Positions 24,125 through 35,510 of a DNA stretch of 64,000 nucleotides are shown here, piece after piece. Source of the stretch: Hydrolagus colliei. Taxonomy: Eukaryota. A program made the translations under genes and the position numbers. The stretch is taken from assembly GCA_035084275.1 (NCBI GenBank), contig CM068745.1, positions 52,948,001 to 53,012,000 of the forward strand. Direction: 5' to 3'. Below the pieces are notes generated by a model. It searched no databases. It had not been told where the DNA came from and worked only from the letters and a program-made list of their open reading frames with translations. Numbering within the stretch: the first letter of the stretch is position 1; every line of letters begins with the position of its first letter.

Positions 24125-24480
24125 ATCCTTACAGTTGTTTCACATATGGAAGATATCCCAAAGTGCTTTATGAGAATATTGGAAAATGTTGTGACTGTGT
24201 ATTTGGTGGCGAATGTTGCATTCAATTTGCACACAGAAATGACCTATAGTCAGCCATGAAGTAACTGACCAATTCTGTCTGAGGGATAATTGGTCAGGAC
24301 ACAAGAAGAAAAACACCCAGCCGAACAGTCAGACAGGACTTTGGTTCAACATCTCAACAGAAGAACGGAACATCCAACAATGAAGCACTGCATCAGAGTT
24401 TCGGCTAAAACTATATGGATTCCAAGTCACGACATGGGGCTTGAATCCACAATCTTCAGAAGTGAGAGTGAGCCAGGCTG
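24125..24480 (-). mobile_element. Old SacSINE1-like SINE
   Basis: Tail, Deu core 'caatttgcacacag', 'ggttcaacatctca', head 'ggggcttgaatccacaatcttcaga...tgagcca'. Confidence 0.65.
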
Positions 24481-25697
24481 ACCCCTGGTCAACGGCAACC
24501 AATAAAAGGAGACGAGGCTGTGTGAAATGTGTTTCATATGTTCTAGCAGAGATCACATAAAGAGGGAAATCAGTACATAGATGATTGACACAGTTACTAC
24601 ATTTACATTCATGGCACTCTTATGAAGTGTTTCGAGACATTTGGATGATGTGATAAGTCACTATATCAAATGCGAGGATTATTATTGGCTGAGAGAGAAT
24701 AAACATAGCCACAATGAGAGAAATTAGAGAGTTCAGAGTTTGGATAAAACACCTATGTTTTCCATGAATGCATTACTGCAGAAATAAACGTTATCAGTCT
24801 GAAAAATGTACGACATTTGATAGAAAACCCACACAGTATAAAAGAGTTGCCTATTAGCTCAAATTTTCTTGGCAGAGGAGTTGTTGACAGTTGCCTGTTG
24901 GAAACTGCACTGGGTAAAACTTTATTTCCCCAGCTGTTCATATTCCCAGGCATGGAGTAGTTCCTTCCATCCTCCAGCAATGAGCAGCTCTAAGGTTACA
25001 TAGACAAAGTGCACAGAGACTTTATAACTGCAGTCCATTTCAATCACTACCTTTTATTAAATGCTTCGAAGTGGCCTGATGTCTTGTTTCACCAATCTTG
25101 GGATCATGCTGTTTAGCTAGCAGAACAGGTGTTATAGATTGCAAGAAAGAAATAATGTGCCTTTTTTTTATAAGCAGGAAAATTCTTTTAACATTGAACA
25201 CAGCTTGGAGCAATTGTAGCAGACGGCTCATGCTGAGATACGTTTGGAGCTTAAGAACAGTCTGTGTACAATCGGGAAACAAAAAGGACAAAAACAAGTT
25301 GTAGTTACAGTCTTCAAATGAAACATTTAGATTTATTGGAAGTTTTGAGACAGGTTTTGCTGAAGGAGGAAGTGGGAAAGGGATTAAAGTGGGAGAGCTC
25401 TGTTTAATAATAGTATTTAATATGTGGCTATTTCTAATGGGATTTATTAATAAGGGATTTGAGAATGACTCCTCGTAACAGGACGTATGTCATGCCAGTT
25501 CGTGGGAAATCTGCTCCCAAAGTAAATTGCATTCAAATGTGTTCCTGTGAGTGGATGTGTTTACTTCCAGTTTCCCTTTTAGAAGTTGTAGCCTATTGGA
25601 CACTGTGCCTTTAAACAATGTATTGATCTTGTTAAGGTTACACAGCCAAGGTGTGATTTTTCTGGAATAAGTCGCTGTAGCTGTAACGTAAAAGCTT

Positions 25698-25774
25698 CCC
25701 AGGTAGCAAGCCCATATGGGCCAATTTGGGTTTATCCATACCCATATGAGCCCCACATGGGCTTGCTACCTGGG
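25698..25774. mobile_element. 77-bp MITE with CCCAG termini, 23-bp TIRs and 2-bp TSD (CACTA/EnSpm-like)
   Basis: CCCAGGTAGCAAGCCCAT ... ATGGGCTTGCTACCTGGG (18 bp perfect, 22/23 when extended); flanked by TT on both sides; internal CCCAYATG repeats. Confidence 0.8.
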
Positions 25775-27369
25775 TTACGGTGGGACTAGCTTGATGGAAA
25801 TTGGTAGAATGTGTATACCCCAGCTAAAGCTCAATAGATTTACCAACAAAATGGAGAATAGTCAAATCTAGGAGCCATCTCTCTCCCCCTCTCTCTCCCC
25901 ATACATAGATGGCCTTAGATAGTTCAAGATGCTACTATCTCTATCTCTTTTCTAGCGCCTTGAATGTCACTCACCCCTAATCGTGGAGAAGAAATGGGTG
26001 AACTATTATGGGATAGGACTTTGTAAGCATATAACCATGCCTTGGAATACAACTAATAATTACAACTAACAATATTCTTCCCAACATATAACCTAAATAG
26101 TGTCATAGATTTGCAACCAGTTAAAGGGGATTTATTAAGTGGGATTTATTATGTCTGTAGGGTCCATACTTAGGTCCCTTCTGTTTTTTATATACATAAA
26201 TGACCTGGATTTGTAGATTGAGCACAATAAAGTTACATTTACAGAAAACACAAAGCTCCATGGAGTGAGACAGTCAAGAGAATCCAACCTGAATCTTGCA
26301 ACAAATTTTGCCTTTCCTTGTGTCAAAGGTCAATAACAGGGCAACACAATTATAATGATTGTATTGGCCCAATATCTTAGAGATTTTGTTTTAAACAAAA
26401 TGTGAAAAATAGTTGACTTTTGGGGCATCTGGCCTGATGCCACTTTGGGATACCTGGAATGTGGTGATTTTGTTAATCCAAGAAGCCAGCTGATCAGTGC
26501 TGGTAACTTCTGGCTAGTGTTGGGCTGCAGGACGCTTGTGCTGAAAAACCAAACCTGTGCTCAAACCAGGATATGTTACAAAGGTGTTGCTGTGTGGTTT
26601 AAATCTACTCCATCATCGATCTCCATTCTGACTTCCACAAAGCCAGATCTTTGCCAAATGAGGTTCCAGCTACCAGGTTGGAAATTGGTGCTGATAGGTG
26701 CCGAAGTGCGGTTCTAGCAGGTCTGACACATCTGTTTATTATTATTATTACCTACTGGATTTACTGTTTATAAATCAAATTTTCCACTCTTGTAAATTGG
26801 CTCCAATAGCAAGTATTGTCAATCCTTTTCTTTTCTAATTACATTGACAATTAAATGCTGAACCGAGTGCATCTTAGCATACTCTACTGCATGTTGTAGT
26901 CAACAAAGAATATACTGTAATGCAGTATTTATTTTCGAATGCATGACATCCTTTAACAACAATAACTTTAAATTAAGCATTTAAATAGGGCCCTTCATGT
27001 GGGTAGTATCTTGGAAAACGTGGAGTGAACCTATACTATCAGCTCAACATTGCAATGTGGGGCTTGAAACCACAATCTTCTGACCCAGAGGGAAGACTGC
27101 CAGTTGAGCCAGGCTCACACCCAAATAAAATACTGAATAATAAATGATTGAGTACAATATTTATTCCATTCGGGTAGGAAATTACATGCAATTTGGTTAT
27201 TGTCATCTCTTCACTTCTGGAATAATCATAGATACAATATATTTTTACATACAGGAGGATCCCCTGTGTATGAACTTGTATATAAAATAATATATAACCA
27301 TTGGATCATGCATTGACATCTTGAATGCTCAAATTGTACAATATTTATTGAGAGATGTGGGAGTAAAGC

Positions 27370-27760
27370 TTCCATTAACGTTTTGAAGCAAATTATTATG
27401 CGCAAATTATTTAACGGTGCACATCACTTGATATTTGCTTGTTATTTCATTTGTCCTTGAGGGCCATGCAGCGGTTTCACTAATTTGATTTGCCTTAAGA
27501 AGGAAGCAGTTGTTTGCGCCTATTCAGTTCTAGCACCGATGAGGCAGTTGACAGCGAGATCGCGGGCACATCTGATTCTGAGATAGATTGCAGGCAGCTG
27601 ATCTTTAGGGATGATTTCATAAAGCCCTGCTGATTGTTGACAATGAGATTTTTTTCTGCCTTTGGCATCTACAGCTGAACCCTGCACGAGGTCCAATAAT
27701 CATGGAGCATATATTCAGATCATGAAATTCAATGTCAAAATCTCAAATGTGCCACATATT
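27370..27760. promoter_or_regulatory. Candidate conserved non-coding element
   Basis: Repeat-free, retains CpGs, TGACAG at 27549-27554, TGACAA, CTAATTTG. Confidence 0.4.
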
Positions 27761-27844
27761 AAGCAGTTTGTGTATTGTACTTACTAGAAGTGGCAAGAGC
27801 TCTGTATTTTCACACTGGGTTTTGTAAATTTGCACACCTGGCTT

Positions 27845-27908
27845 CAGCGCCTTGGGGATGTCCTTCCGACGTGAAAGGCACTTTATAAATGTAATTTTGT
27901 TGTTGTTG
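27845..27908 (+). mobile_element. Solo L2 3' tail (extreme 5' truncation)
   Basis: cagcgccttggggatgtccttccgacgtgaaaggcactttataaatgtaattttgttgttgttg; near-identical to the tail of the 13355-14129 L2. Similar solo tails at ~38060-38230, 50182-50240, 51678-51740 and 52428-52470. Confidence 0.85.
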
Positions 27909-28382
27909 TAGAGTTCAGATCTGATGTACAGGACAATGGGGTTGACAATGTGGAATTGGCAAAGGATGCGTGAACATTTGTGAATATTCCTGCTGGTAAC
28001 CATTTGTGCATTGCCCTGATAAGCTGAAACTGCTCTAACACAATCGCGTTAAAGGGCATCAGAGTTTACTTGAGTCACTATAATGCACACCCTCTGACGA
28101 GGGGTTTCAATATTTACGAATCCTGTTGAGGATCAGTCATACCCGACTCGGGTCACATGGGGTTTCTAAAATCTGATACAAGACTCAGCTCTGACTTGTT
28201 TTGCTGCAGAGAGCATGCAAACAGCACTTCCCTTGTCAAAGATTTATAATGAAGGTTTTTAAAAATGACACTGAGTTAACAGGAGACATTTTGAGGAAAG
28301 TTTGTGAAAGCACATGACAGGCTTGTTCTTTCCCTCATTTCAGATGTTGGCAGAGTAGCAGCCAGCTCCAAGGGAAATGTGC

Positions 28383-28538
28383 NNNNNNNNNNNNNNNNNN
28401 NNNNNNNNNNNNNNNNNNNNNNNNNNNNNNNNNNNNNNNNNNNNNNNNNNNNNNNNNNNNNNNNNNNNNNNNNNNNNNNNNNNNNNNNNNNNNNNNNNNN
28501 NNNNNNNNNNNNNNNNNNNNNNNNNNNNNNNNNNNNNN
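28383..28538. other. Assembly gap (156 N)
   Basis: Run of n characters. Confidence 1.
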
Positions 28539-28791
28539 TCTGGCCTTCTTTTTGAAGACTTATTTCACATTTAATGGATTTAGTGAAAAATAAAGTAGAA
28601 GATCAGTCAAAACAGGATTTTTAGAATTGCTTTTTCTTAATAAGGTGCAATAGTGGTTGTTTTCGATCTAATAGACAAATTCTTAATATCTTATCAAAAA
28701 ATCATAAGAATTTCCTTCAATTCAGGTTTTAAGTGCTTTTTCAACCATATTCTGGATGAGCCTTGTAGCAAATAAAACTAATGAGAATATT

Positions 28792-28879
28792 GGGGTGAAA
28801 ATCTGCAGTATATCACAAATAGTATTTATCTCATGGAACATGTAACAACAATGGGGTGAAACACTGCAAATTTCACCCC
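28792..28879. mobile_element. 88-bp MITE remnant with GGGGTGAAA termini and 3-bp TSD (PIF/Harbinger-like)
   Basis: Left GGGGTGAAAATCTGCAGT, right ACTGCAAATTTCACCCC; ATT on both sides (28789-28791 and 28880-28882). Confidence 0.65.
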
Positions 28880-29379
28880 ATTGTTGTTATTTGTGCTTTC
28901 CATTCCATTGGGCGTTTGAACTTTTGAGCACAAAGCAAGTTGGATTTCTTTCCAAAGAAAATAAATATTGTATACTTATGGGATATTTCCCATAAGAGGA
29001 CAGTGATGTTAAATCTTCCTTCAAATATACAATTCCCCCTAAAATTGTTTTGGTATACTGTATTGTTTAATTATTTTTAATGTTTTAATTCCTTAGTCTG
29101 TCACTCTTGGGATACTGCTGGATGTTATTTTAACCCAGTGCCACTGTGAATTCGGTAGAATTGACATATGTTATATTACATGGACCTAAGTCCTACGAGG
29201 AATCATATCCAATCCATTCAGTGCAGACTATAAAACCTAGGACCCAGAATGAGGTCTGCACAAGAAAGTGAAAATACTGTAAAGATAAAAATATGTTTGG
29301 ATGGAATTGAAAGCTTTCTGCTTCACCCAGGCCACTCAAACTGGTATTCCATAGTTATTGTCTATTAGACAATCATCTA

Positions 29380-29930
29380 AAGACTACTGCTGAAATGACA
29401 TCATGCATTATCAATAAGCTTCATTGTGCAACATAGCAGACGGTTGGGCAGGGCTCGTGTATGTGTGTGTTTTTTTTCCCTTGGGTCTTTGTTTCTTTTT
29501 GCAAATGTTGCAAATTAGTAAAATATGCTGACAGATTTGCAGCCAGCATCTCCTGGCCCAGGTAACTACAGTTGTCTTTTACCATTTTAATTTTTCATTT
29601 GATGTCTCTAGTCCCAGGACTCCCCCTGAAAAAAACCCCTCAAGATAGCGGTTTACCGCAAGAGGAAGTCTCTTTTGAACAACAATAAAAAAAATTGTTC
29701 TCTGGTTGGACACTGTAGCTGTGCCTGATAGCCTCGTCGCAATTCTCTGTATGTGCTTACACTCTTGACAGGTGTGAGAGACAGATGATTGATAATACGT
29801 TCATTTCTGCTCAGTGTAAATCAACAGTTTGATAACGCTGTCACAGCATGTACTGATGAACACACATTACATTATATAACATCTTGCTCAGACAGACACT
29901 ATCACTTTTTGCCGGCCTGTCAGTGGTTTA
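29380..29930. promoter_or_regulatory. Candidate Meis/Pbx-rich conserved non-coding element
   Basis: TGACAG at 29529 and 29766, TGATTGAT at 29786-29793, CTGTCA at 29838 and 29917. Confidence 0.45.
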
Positions 29931-30069
29931 GTCTTTTCAAAAATCAAATCTACATAACAGAACCTTTTAAAACGGTTCTGTGTCTTAAAGAGCTCGATGT
30001 TTGATTTTGTTTTTAAAGATCTAATTTGTTTTAGTGCTACAAATTTCTGTTATTTTGTCAACCTGCACT

Positions 30070-30255
30070 ATAATAATAAATTGGTAATTTCAATCCAAGA
30101 CTGTTTGTGGGATACTGCTGTGCACAATTGGCTGCCGCCTTTTGCTCACAAATATACAGTCAATTCACCTTACAGTATATTCTGTGAAGCTCTTTAAGAC
30201 GTCTTGAGGACTTGATAAGGCGCTATATCAAACGCAAGGATAATTATTATTATAA
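30070..30255 (+). mobile_element. Young tRNA-Deu-L2 SINE 3' half
   Basis: 'gactgtttgtgggatactgctgtgcacaattggctgccg...cacaaatatacagtcaattcac...gcgctatatcaaacgcaaggat'. Confidence 0.88.
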
Positions 30256-30509
30256 ATGATCAATATCATGGGAATTTTGGATGATATGATGATTCCAGTT
30301 TGTTTTGGATGGATATTTTTTGCCAACATATTAACATTAACAAGATTGACAGCTGGGTGTGGACCTATAATTTAACATCAGACTTGTGCCTGCAATTGGG
30401 AGGTTGGCTGAACATGTTGGTTGAATCGGCTCTTTCTGTTTTGGCAATTTCTGTGGCTCTATGATCATATTGCTACCGATATTGTAGATTGATAGTGCTA
30501 CTCAGAGCT

Positions 30510-31010
30510 ATCTCTTTACTCAGAGGGTAGTTAATGACTGCAACACGTTGCCGGGAAGAGTGGTTTAGTGGACACGGCAGTCTTGCAAAATAGCTTGATG
30601 CTGTATTTGGAGGACATGATTCGAAGAATGAAATTAGATGGTCCGAAGGGCTTTGTTCACCTGAACTAATGTGTTCTAATTGTTGCTCATAGCTCATTCC
30701 TCGAATACGGAGGATCATTCTGGTTGCTGTTCACTGTACTGCCTCTAGGGGTGGGCAGCCCCTTATGTTACAGAAATCTAGGTGCCCCCTGACCAGAACA
30801 CTGTACAACCTGAGTATGATGTCTAAACTGAATTTATTTAGCAGTAGAGACCAGCATGCTGTTTGCCTGGTTTATTGCCACCTCCCATTATTTGGACGTA
30901 GTGAGCGATGAGCCAACTAATACCTATAAATCTCTCTCAGTTTCCCCAATAGAAATCCCTTCCATAATATATATGCATTTCCCTGTCTTACTTCCTATAT
31001 GTAATACCTA
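30510..31010. mobile_element. Two CR1 LINE fragments in opposite orientation (+ strand 3' end ~30510-30680; - strand ORF2 piece ~30680-31010)
   Basis: + strand FTQRVVND.NTLPGRVV then a 'tagatggtccgaagggc' tail; - strand ...MILRIRGMSYEQQL, resembling CR1 RMIPGLRGMSYEERL. Confidence 0.6.
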
Positions 31011-31013
31011 GTA

Positions 31014-31270
31014 TAATAATTAATAATGAATACTCCTTGCATTTGATATTGCGCTTTTCATGTCTTCTAGACGTATCAAAGCGTTTCATAGAATATACTG
31101 TAAAGTCAATTGACTGTATAATTGTGGGCGAAACATGGCAGCCGTGCACAGCAGTGTCCCACAATTACTCATGGATTGAAATGAACAATTTATTATTGTT
31201 TCATTTCGAACTATTATTACCAGGTGTGTAGAGTAAGGAAACTCATCCCACGATTTCTCCCTGCCCTGCA
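31014..31270 (-). mobile_element. Young tRNA-Deu-L2 SINE (head truncated)
   Basis: Reverse complement of the 62765-63004 segment. Confidence 0.88.
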
Positions 31271-31309
31271 ATTTGAGGCAGTTTATCTCCCTTCAACAGG
31301 CAGATTTAC

Positions 31310-31650
31310 CTGTTTCAAGATTATAAGTTTGGTTCCCATCCTATCCTGCGTAAGCTGATCTCAGTAGGCAGCGTAGGGGCAATGCCCTTCAACTCCTGAG
31401 CGATAGGGAAGGGAAAATAGCCCAGGCTCTCCGCTGCAGCCCATTTTCCACTGACCTGCATCAAAATGCAGGTGTTTAGATGTCTAGTGTGAGTACAAGA
31501 TCAGCTGTGATGCCCTAGGCAGACGACCTGTCAGTGCTGCTAATGTCCAGGCTCAAACATGAAGAATGGCAGGTGGGGGGGAAAAGCACTGGAGAGTTGC
31601 TGGGATCCTTTGGTAAAAGCCAGTGCCTTCAGGAGAGAAGAGGAGAAACG
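31310..31650 (+). mobile_element. AmnSINE2-like ancient SINE
   Basis: 'agctgatctcag...gtaggggc...agggaagggaaaatagcccagg...gctgtgatgccc...ggctcaaacatgaagaatggc...gccttcaggagag...ggagaaa'. Confidence 0.6.
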
Positions 31651-31963
31651 TAGTACAGTACAAACATAAATTGGAGCATTGCTATCTGATCTTGGGTGAT
31701 CTAATGCAGCTTGTAGGAGTATCTGTGATTGCCCCTTGCAGTGATGTTGGGAAAGACAATGATTGTTGAAGGGATGAAGCTGGTGAGAAAGCCATGGCAT
31801 CTTGCTCTCTTGCATTTCCTGCCTGTCAATTTCAAAAGTAGCATTAGTGTTGCCCCTGGTATTTTGTTGTTTTATTGTTGGTAGCAAGTCACCTACCCTC
31901 TCAGCTGAACATTCTTTACAACTTGGTCATGGGTGGGGCCAACACCAAAAAAGGGATACAATA

Positions 31964-32941
31964 CAGGTAAACCTCTATTTAGGACGGGGTTGCGTTCCTG
32001 AAAAACGGTTCTCAGATCGAAATGTTCTAAATCGAAACGCGGTTTCCCATGCAGTCCCATTATATAACCTGAGATATGTTCTTTTCACCAAATTTTCAGA
32101 CTTTAAACTCACTAAATAACACACAAAACAACACACAAAATAACACACATAGGCAAGAAGGGATACTTGGGGTAACTGTATAGTATTGTACTTTAATACT
32201 GGCAAACTTTAATACAGTCCTATGTTTTGATAATCTGCTTGCACATGTAGCTGTAACACACCTTGAACTTGCCAGTATACTGTCCTTATTCTGTTTTATA
32301 GTAGCCACTGTCAATCTAGCTAGCCCTAAAGCCTTCCTGACGTCCGTACCTTTTTTGCCAGACTCGATGCGCTTTATCACCTCCAATTTAGTATTTAAAG
32401 TGATGACTTTGCATGGTCTCTGGCCGCTAGCAGTATTACCGCTGTTCATTTCACTTACTGCTCTCTTTTCCCCACATGGTAGAAACGCGGTCGAGGCTGT
32501 AAATAGCTCGAAGTTGTTCGGGAATGTTTGGAAATTACTGTAATACTGACGTGGTGTGGTATCGCTTCAAAATCAGCTGGCTTTTAAACAATGACGTAGC
32601 GAAATGCCACTGGCCGTTTGTTAAAACAAACAAAATCGTTTTAATTTTGTTCATTAAAACGAAACCAAGTGTCCTATATTGATAAAATGGTGTTAAAAAA
32701 TTATCCAAATGCTTGGATACACTATATCAGGTGCGAGCGTGATTTACCTACAAATACACTATGGACTGTGCGTGTGGACAAAACGACTGCGATATTCAAA
32801 ATATGTACTGCGCCTGCGCAAAAAAGAATTTTGTTCATTAAACGAAACCAAGTGTCCTATATCGATAAAAAGTTGTTAAAAAATTATGTTTGTTCAATCG
32901 AAATGTCCTAAATAGAAGTGTCCTTAATCAAGGCTTACCTG
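31964..32941 (-). mobile_element. Internally deleted Tigger/pogo (TcMar) DNA transposon, 978 bp
   Basis: TIRs CAGGTAAACCTCTATTTAGGAC / GTCCTTAATCAAGGCTTACCTG (18/22 match), TA TSD on both sides, transposase N-terminus inside. Confidence 0.92.
32096..32449 (-). pseudogene. Truncated Tigger transposase: N-terminal CENP-B/psq-type helix-turn-helix only
   Basis: KVITLNTKLEVIKRIESGKKGTDVRKALGLARLTVATIKQNKDSI matches the pogo/Tigger first HTH; similarity ends near residue 78; no DDD domain. Confidence 0.85.
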
Positions 32942-33914
32942 TACCTCACAATAAAAAAGTATACTCTATGTGCCACCTGAGTTTTACTGAGTTCTGCTTA
33001 TTCAATTTGTGAACAGGGCACTATTTTGAAAGCTTTGTACTGAAAATTAATTTCATTTGAAAGGAAAACAGGAGAAAGTACTGTGTCGCATAATTAATCA
33101 TGGCCCAATTGTGTGAAGATTACATACATGTTAGGAATCACTTTCATAGTTCCTACAGCAGACATCATCTGTTTTGCAAAAAAAAAATGAATGCTTAGAA
33201 ACTTTTGAAAAAAAAACGACCCCTCCACAAAAAGATTTGCGGTTAACATCAATATCCTGCTTTCTTTAGATTTTCTGTCAGTTTTGCCATTGGTCCCGAC
33301 AGCAAAGAGAGCTGAATTAACAAGGTAGTCATTGATCCAGGGTGCATTGAACAATTGTGGCACTTCAGTTATATGTCTGTCAATTTATGCACCTCACCGT
33401 CAGTCATTGTGGGGTGTTGCAAGTTTAAATCATTTACAGATACTTTCAGGTGGAGGGTCTTTACCTCCATTGTCGTAAACTTGCTGTTCAGGTGGCAGCT
33501 GATATTGCATAGTTGTTATTGCACAAAAGTGGACATTGGAAAATAAAACCTGATAACCTCTGTTCCATGAAGATACTGCTTGTGGCACCTGAATTCTTTG
33601 TGCTTAAAAACATTTTCTCTTTAAAAGCACATCTATGGATACAGGTAACAGCCTGGTTCAGTTGGTAGCCTCTGGGCTAGATGCCTGTGTGTTGTAACTT
33701 TACATCAGGACTTTAAGCTTCCAGTCCAGCTTGACATGGGACTGGACCAAATTGGTCTTTATGTAAGGGTTCATTGAATAGCCCTGAAAATAAAAATAAA
33801 AATTCTGTGTCCTGTGTATCAACTCCCACTAGCACATTTATAAACATGGCCTTAAACTCACTTAGAACTGGCCTCTGAAAATCATGTCTGTGCTCCGACA
33901 GGACTAAAAGCTAT

Positions 33915-34050
33915 GGCCATTGGTTGCGTTAGACAAGTGGTTGCTGAATTGAAATGGTTTATTATGAAAACAGGTCAGGATTGTTCCAGAGTGGTTGTTA
34001 AGAGTAGGTGGGTGGTGTATAGAGGTGGTTGCTTGAACAGATTTGACTGC
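33915..34050. mobile_element. Possible terminal fragment of an ancient TcMar-type DNA element
   Basis: Repeated 'gtggttg' subterminal motif ending 'agaggtggttgcttgaacagatttgactg' (reverse CAGTCAAATCTG); no partner TIR found. Confidence 0.35.
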
Positions 34051-34454
34051 ACTATTTACTTGTTAAGCTCTTTGAGAGAATTTTATGTTCGAGGCTGTCT
34101 ACCAAATGAAAGGTTTATCGGTATTATAAAAGTTTAATTGGTATTAATTACCGAATCATCCTTTATTCTAAAGTATGAAAGTGACTTTGAGTGTTGCAGA
34201 ACAGAATCAAATGGAAGTAGCTAAAAGCACAGCTAATGATGATAGAGCCTGAGGAAATTAAAGGTTGCTAACGTTTGCAGTTATGAGATGGAAAGCAACA
34301 AATGTTGCCACATTTGTTATTTCACTGCTATGCACAATTGGCTGCTGTGTTTTCTTACTCCACATGCCTTTGTTTACCTTGCAGCAAGTAAAAACCGGTT
34401 GTTAGTCAATTGGCGGATTGCTTTTCCGGAGATGATAATCCCTCAAAAAAACCC

Positions 34455-34637
34455 AATAATAATTTGGTCATTCAATCCATGACTGTTTGTGGATCATTGC
34501 TGTGCTCAATTGGCTGCCGCATTTCACCCACATAAAGTCAATTCACTTTACTTATCCTGTGAAGCGCTTTGAGACGTCTAGAAGATGTGCTATATCAAAT
34601 GCAAGGATTATTATTTATTATTGTTATTATTATTATA
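34455..34637 (+). mobile_element. Young tRNA-Deu-L2 SINE 3' half
   Basis: Deu core plus 'aagcgctttgagacgtctagaaga...aaatgcaaggattattatt'. Confidence 0.88.
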
Positions 34638-35454
34638 TTGGAATGTCAGCCAAGAAAGTACAGATATCAAACTAAATTGTGTTGTGAATAGTTTTCAGTC
34701 TAAACAAAAAATATATATATTTCAGCATGAAGGGTTTTATTGAGATTATTTATTGTTTTAGACATTTATACGAATCTTTTTATCTTCCTAACAGATTGCA
34801 ATTGGGTGGACATTGTTGTTTCTTAATAGGTCTCCCAGAGAGGTACCTGAGCAGTCTTCCTCTCTATTTAGACTCTGTTAATGTATCATTGGAAGATGGT
34901 GCTAACACGTTATTAGAAGATAGTTGAAGTTATTGGACTCTTCCCCCTCTTCCTGGTGTGTGTGTGTCTTGGCAGACCAAGATAATAAAGATGATATCCA
35001 TAAGTGGTCTTTGTTGGATTCTGTTTTGTTTGCCTACCAAATGTAGCGTCACCACACTTTGCAGTATTTTTTCTGAAGCGTCCTCCTTGACATGAAAGGT
35101 GCTACATCAAATACATATTTTAAATTGATTCCCTTCGATTAGTGACACCCTGACCAGTGGAAATATTTCTTCCCAATCTACTTGATCAAAACTCTACTTT
35201 ATACTAGTGTTCCCTGTATAAGTGAAGATTGTCTTGAGATGGTCATCGCGATTTGGTGAATTTTTAAAAGGAAAAGATTGTGGGGTCTATTGCACATGCT
35301 TTGTTTCTGGAACAGTTTCCCATAATTCAATGAGAATTCTTATGGGATTCCTTTGCAAGAAATTCCATTAAGAATAGCAATACTGTCCCATAGTTTTACT
35401 AAATGTTTTAGAAATATATGTTATTCTTGATTCTTTGTGTTGAACAATAACTGA

Positions 35455-35510
35455 TACTAGACGGGCCGAATGGCCTCCTTTTGTGTCGTAAAATTCTATG
35501 ATTCTATGAT
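35455..35510 (+). mobile_element. Solo CR1-type 3' tail
   Basis: 'gacgggccgaatggcctccttttgtgtcgtaaaattctatgattctatga' with the (ATTCTATG)n terminus typical of CR1. Confidence 0.8.

Noticed and set aside
28304-28574. ORFs spanning 28383-28538
   Set aside because: Artefacts of the N gap.
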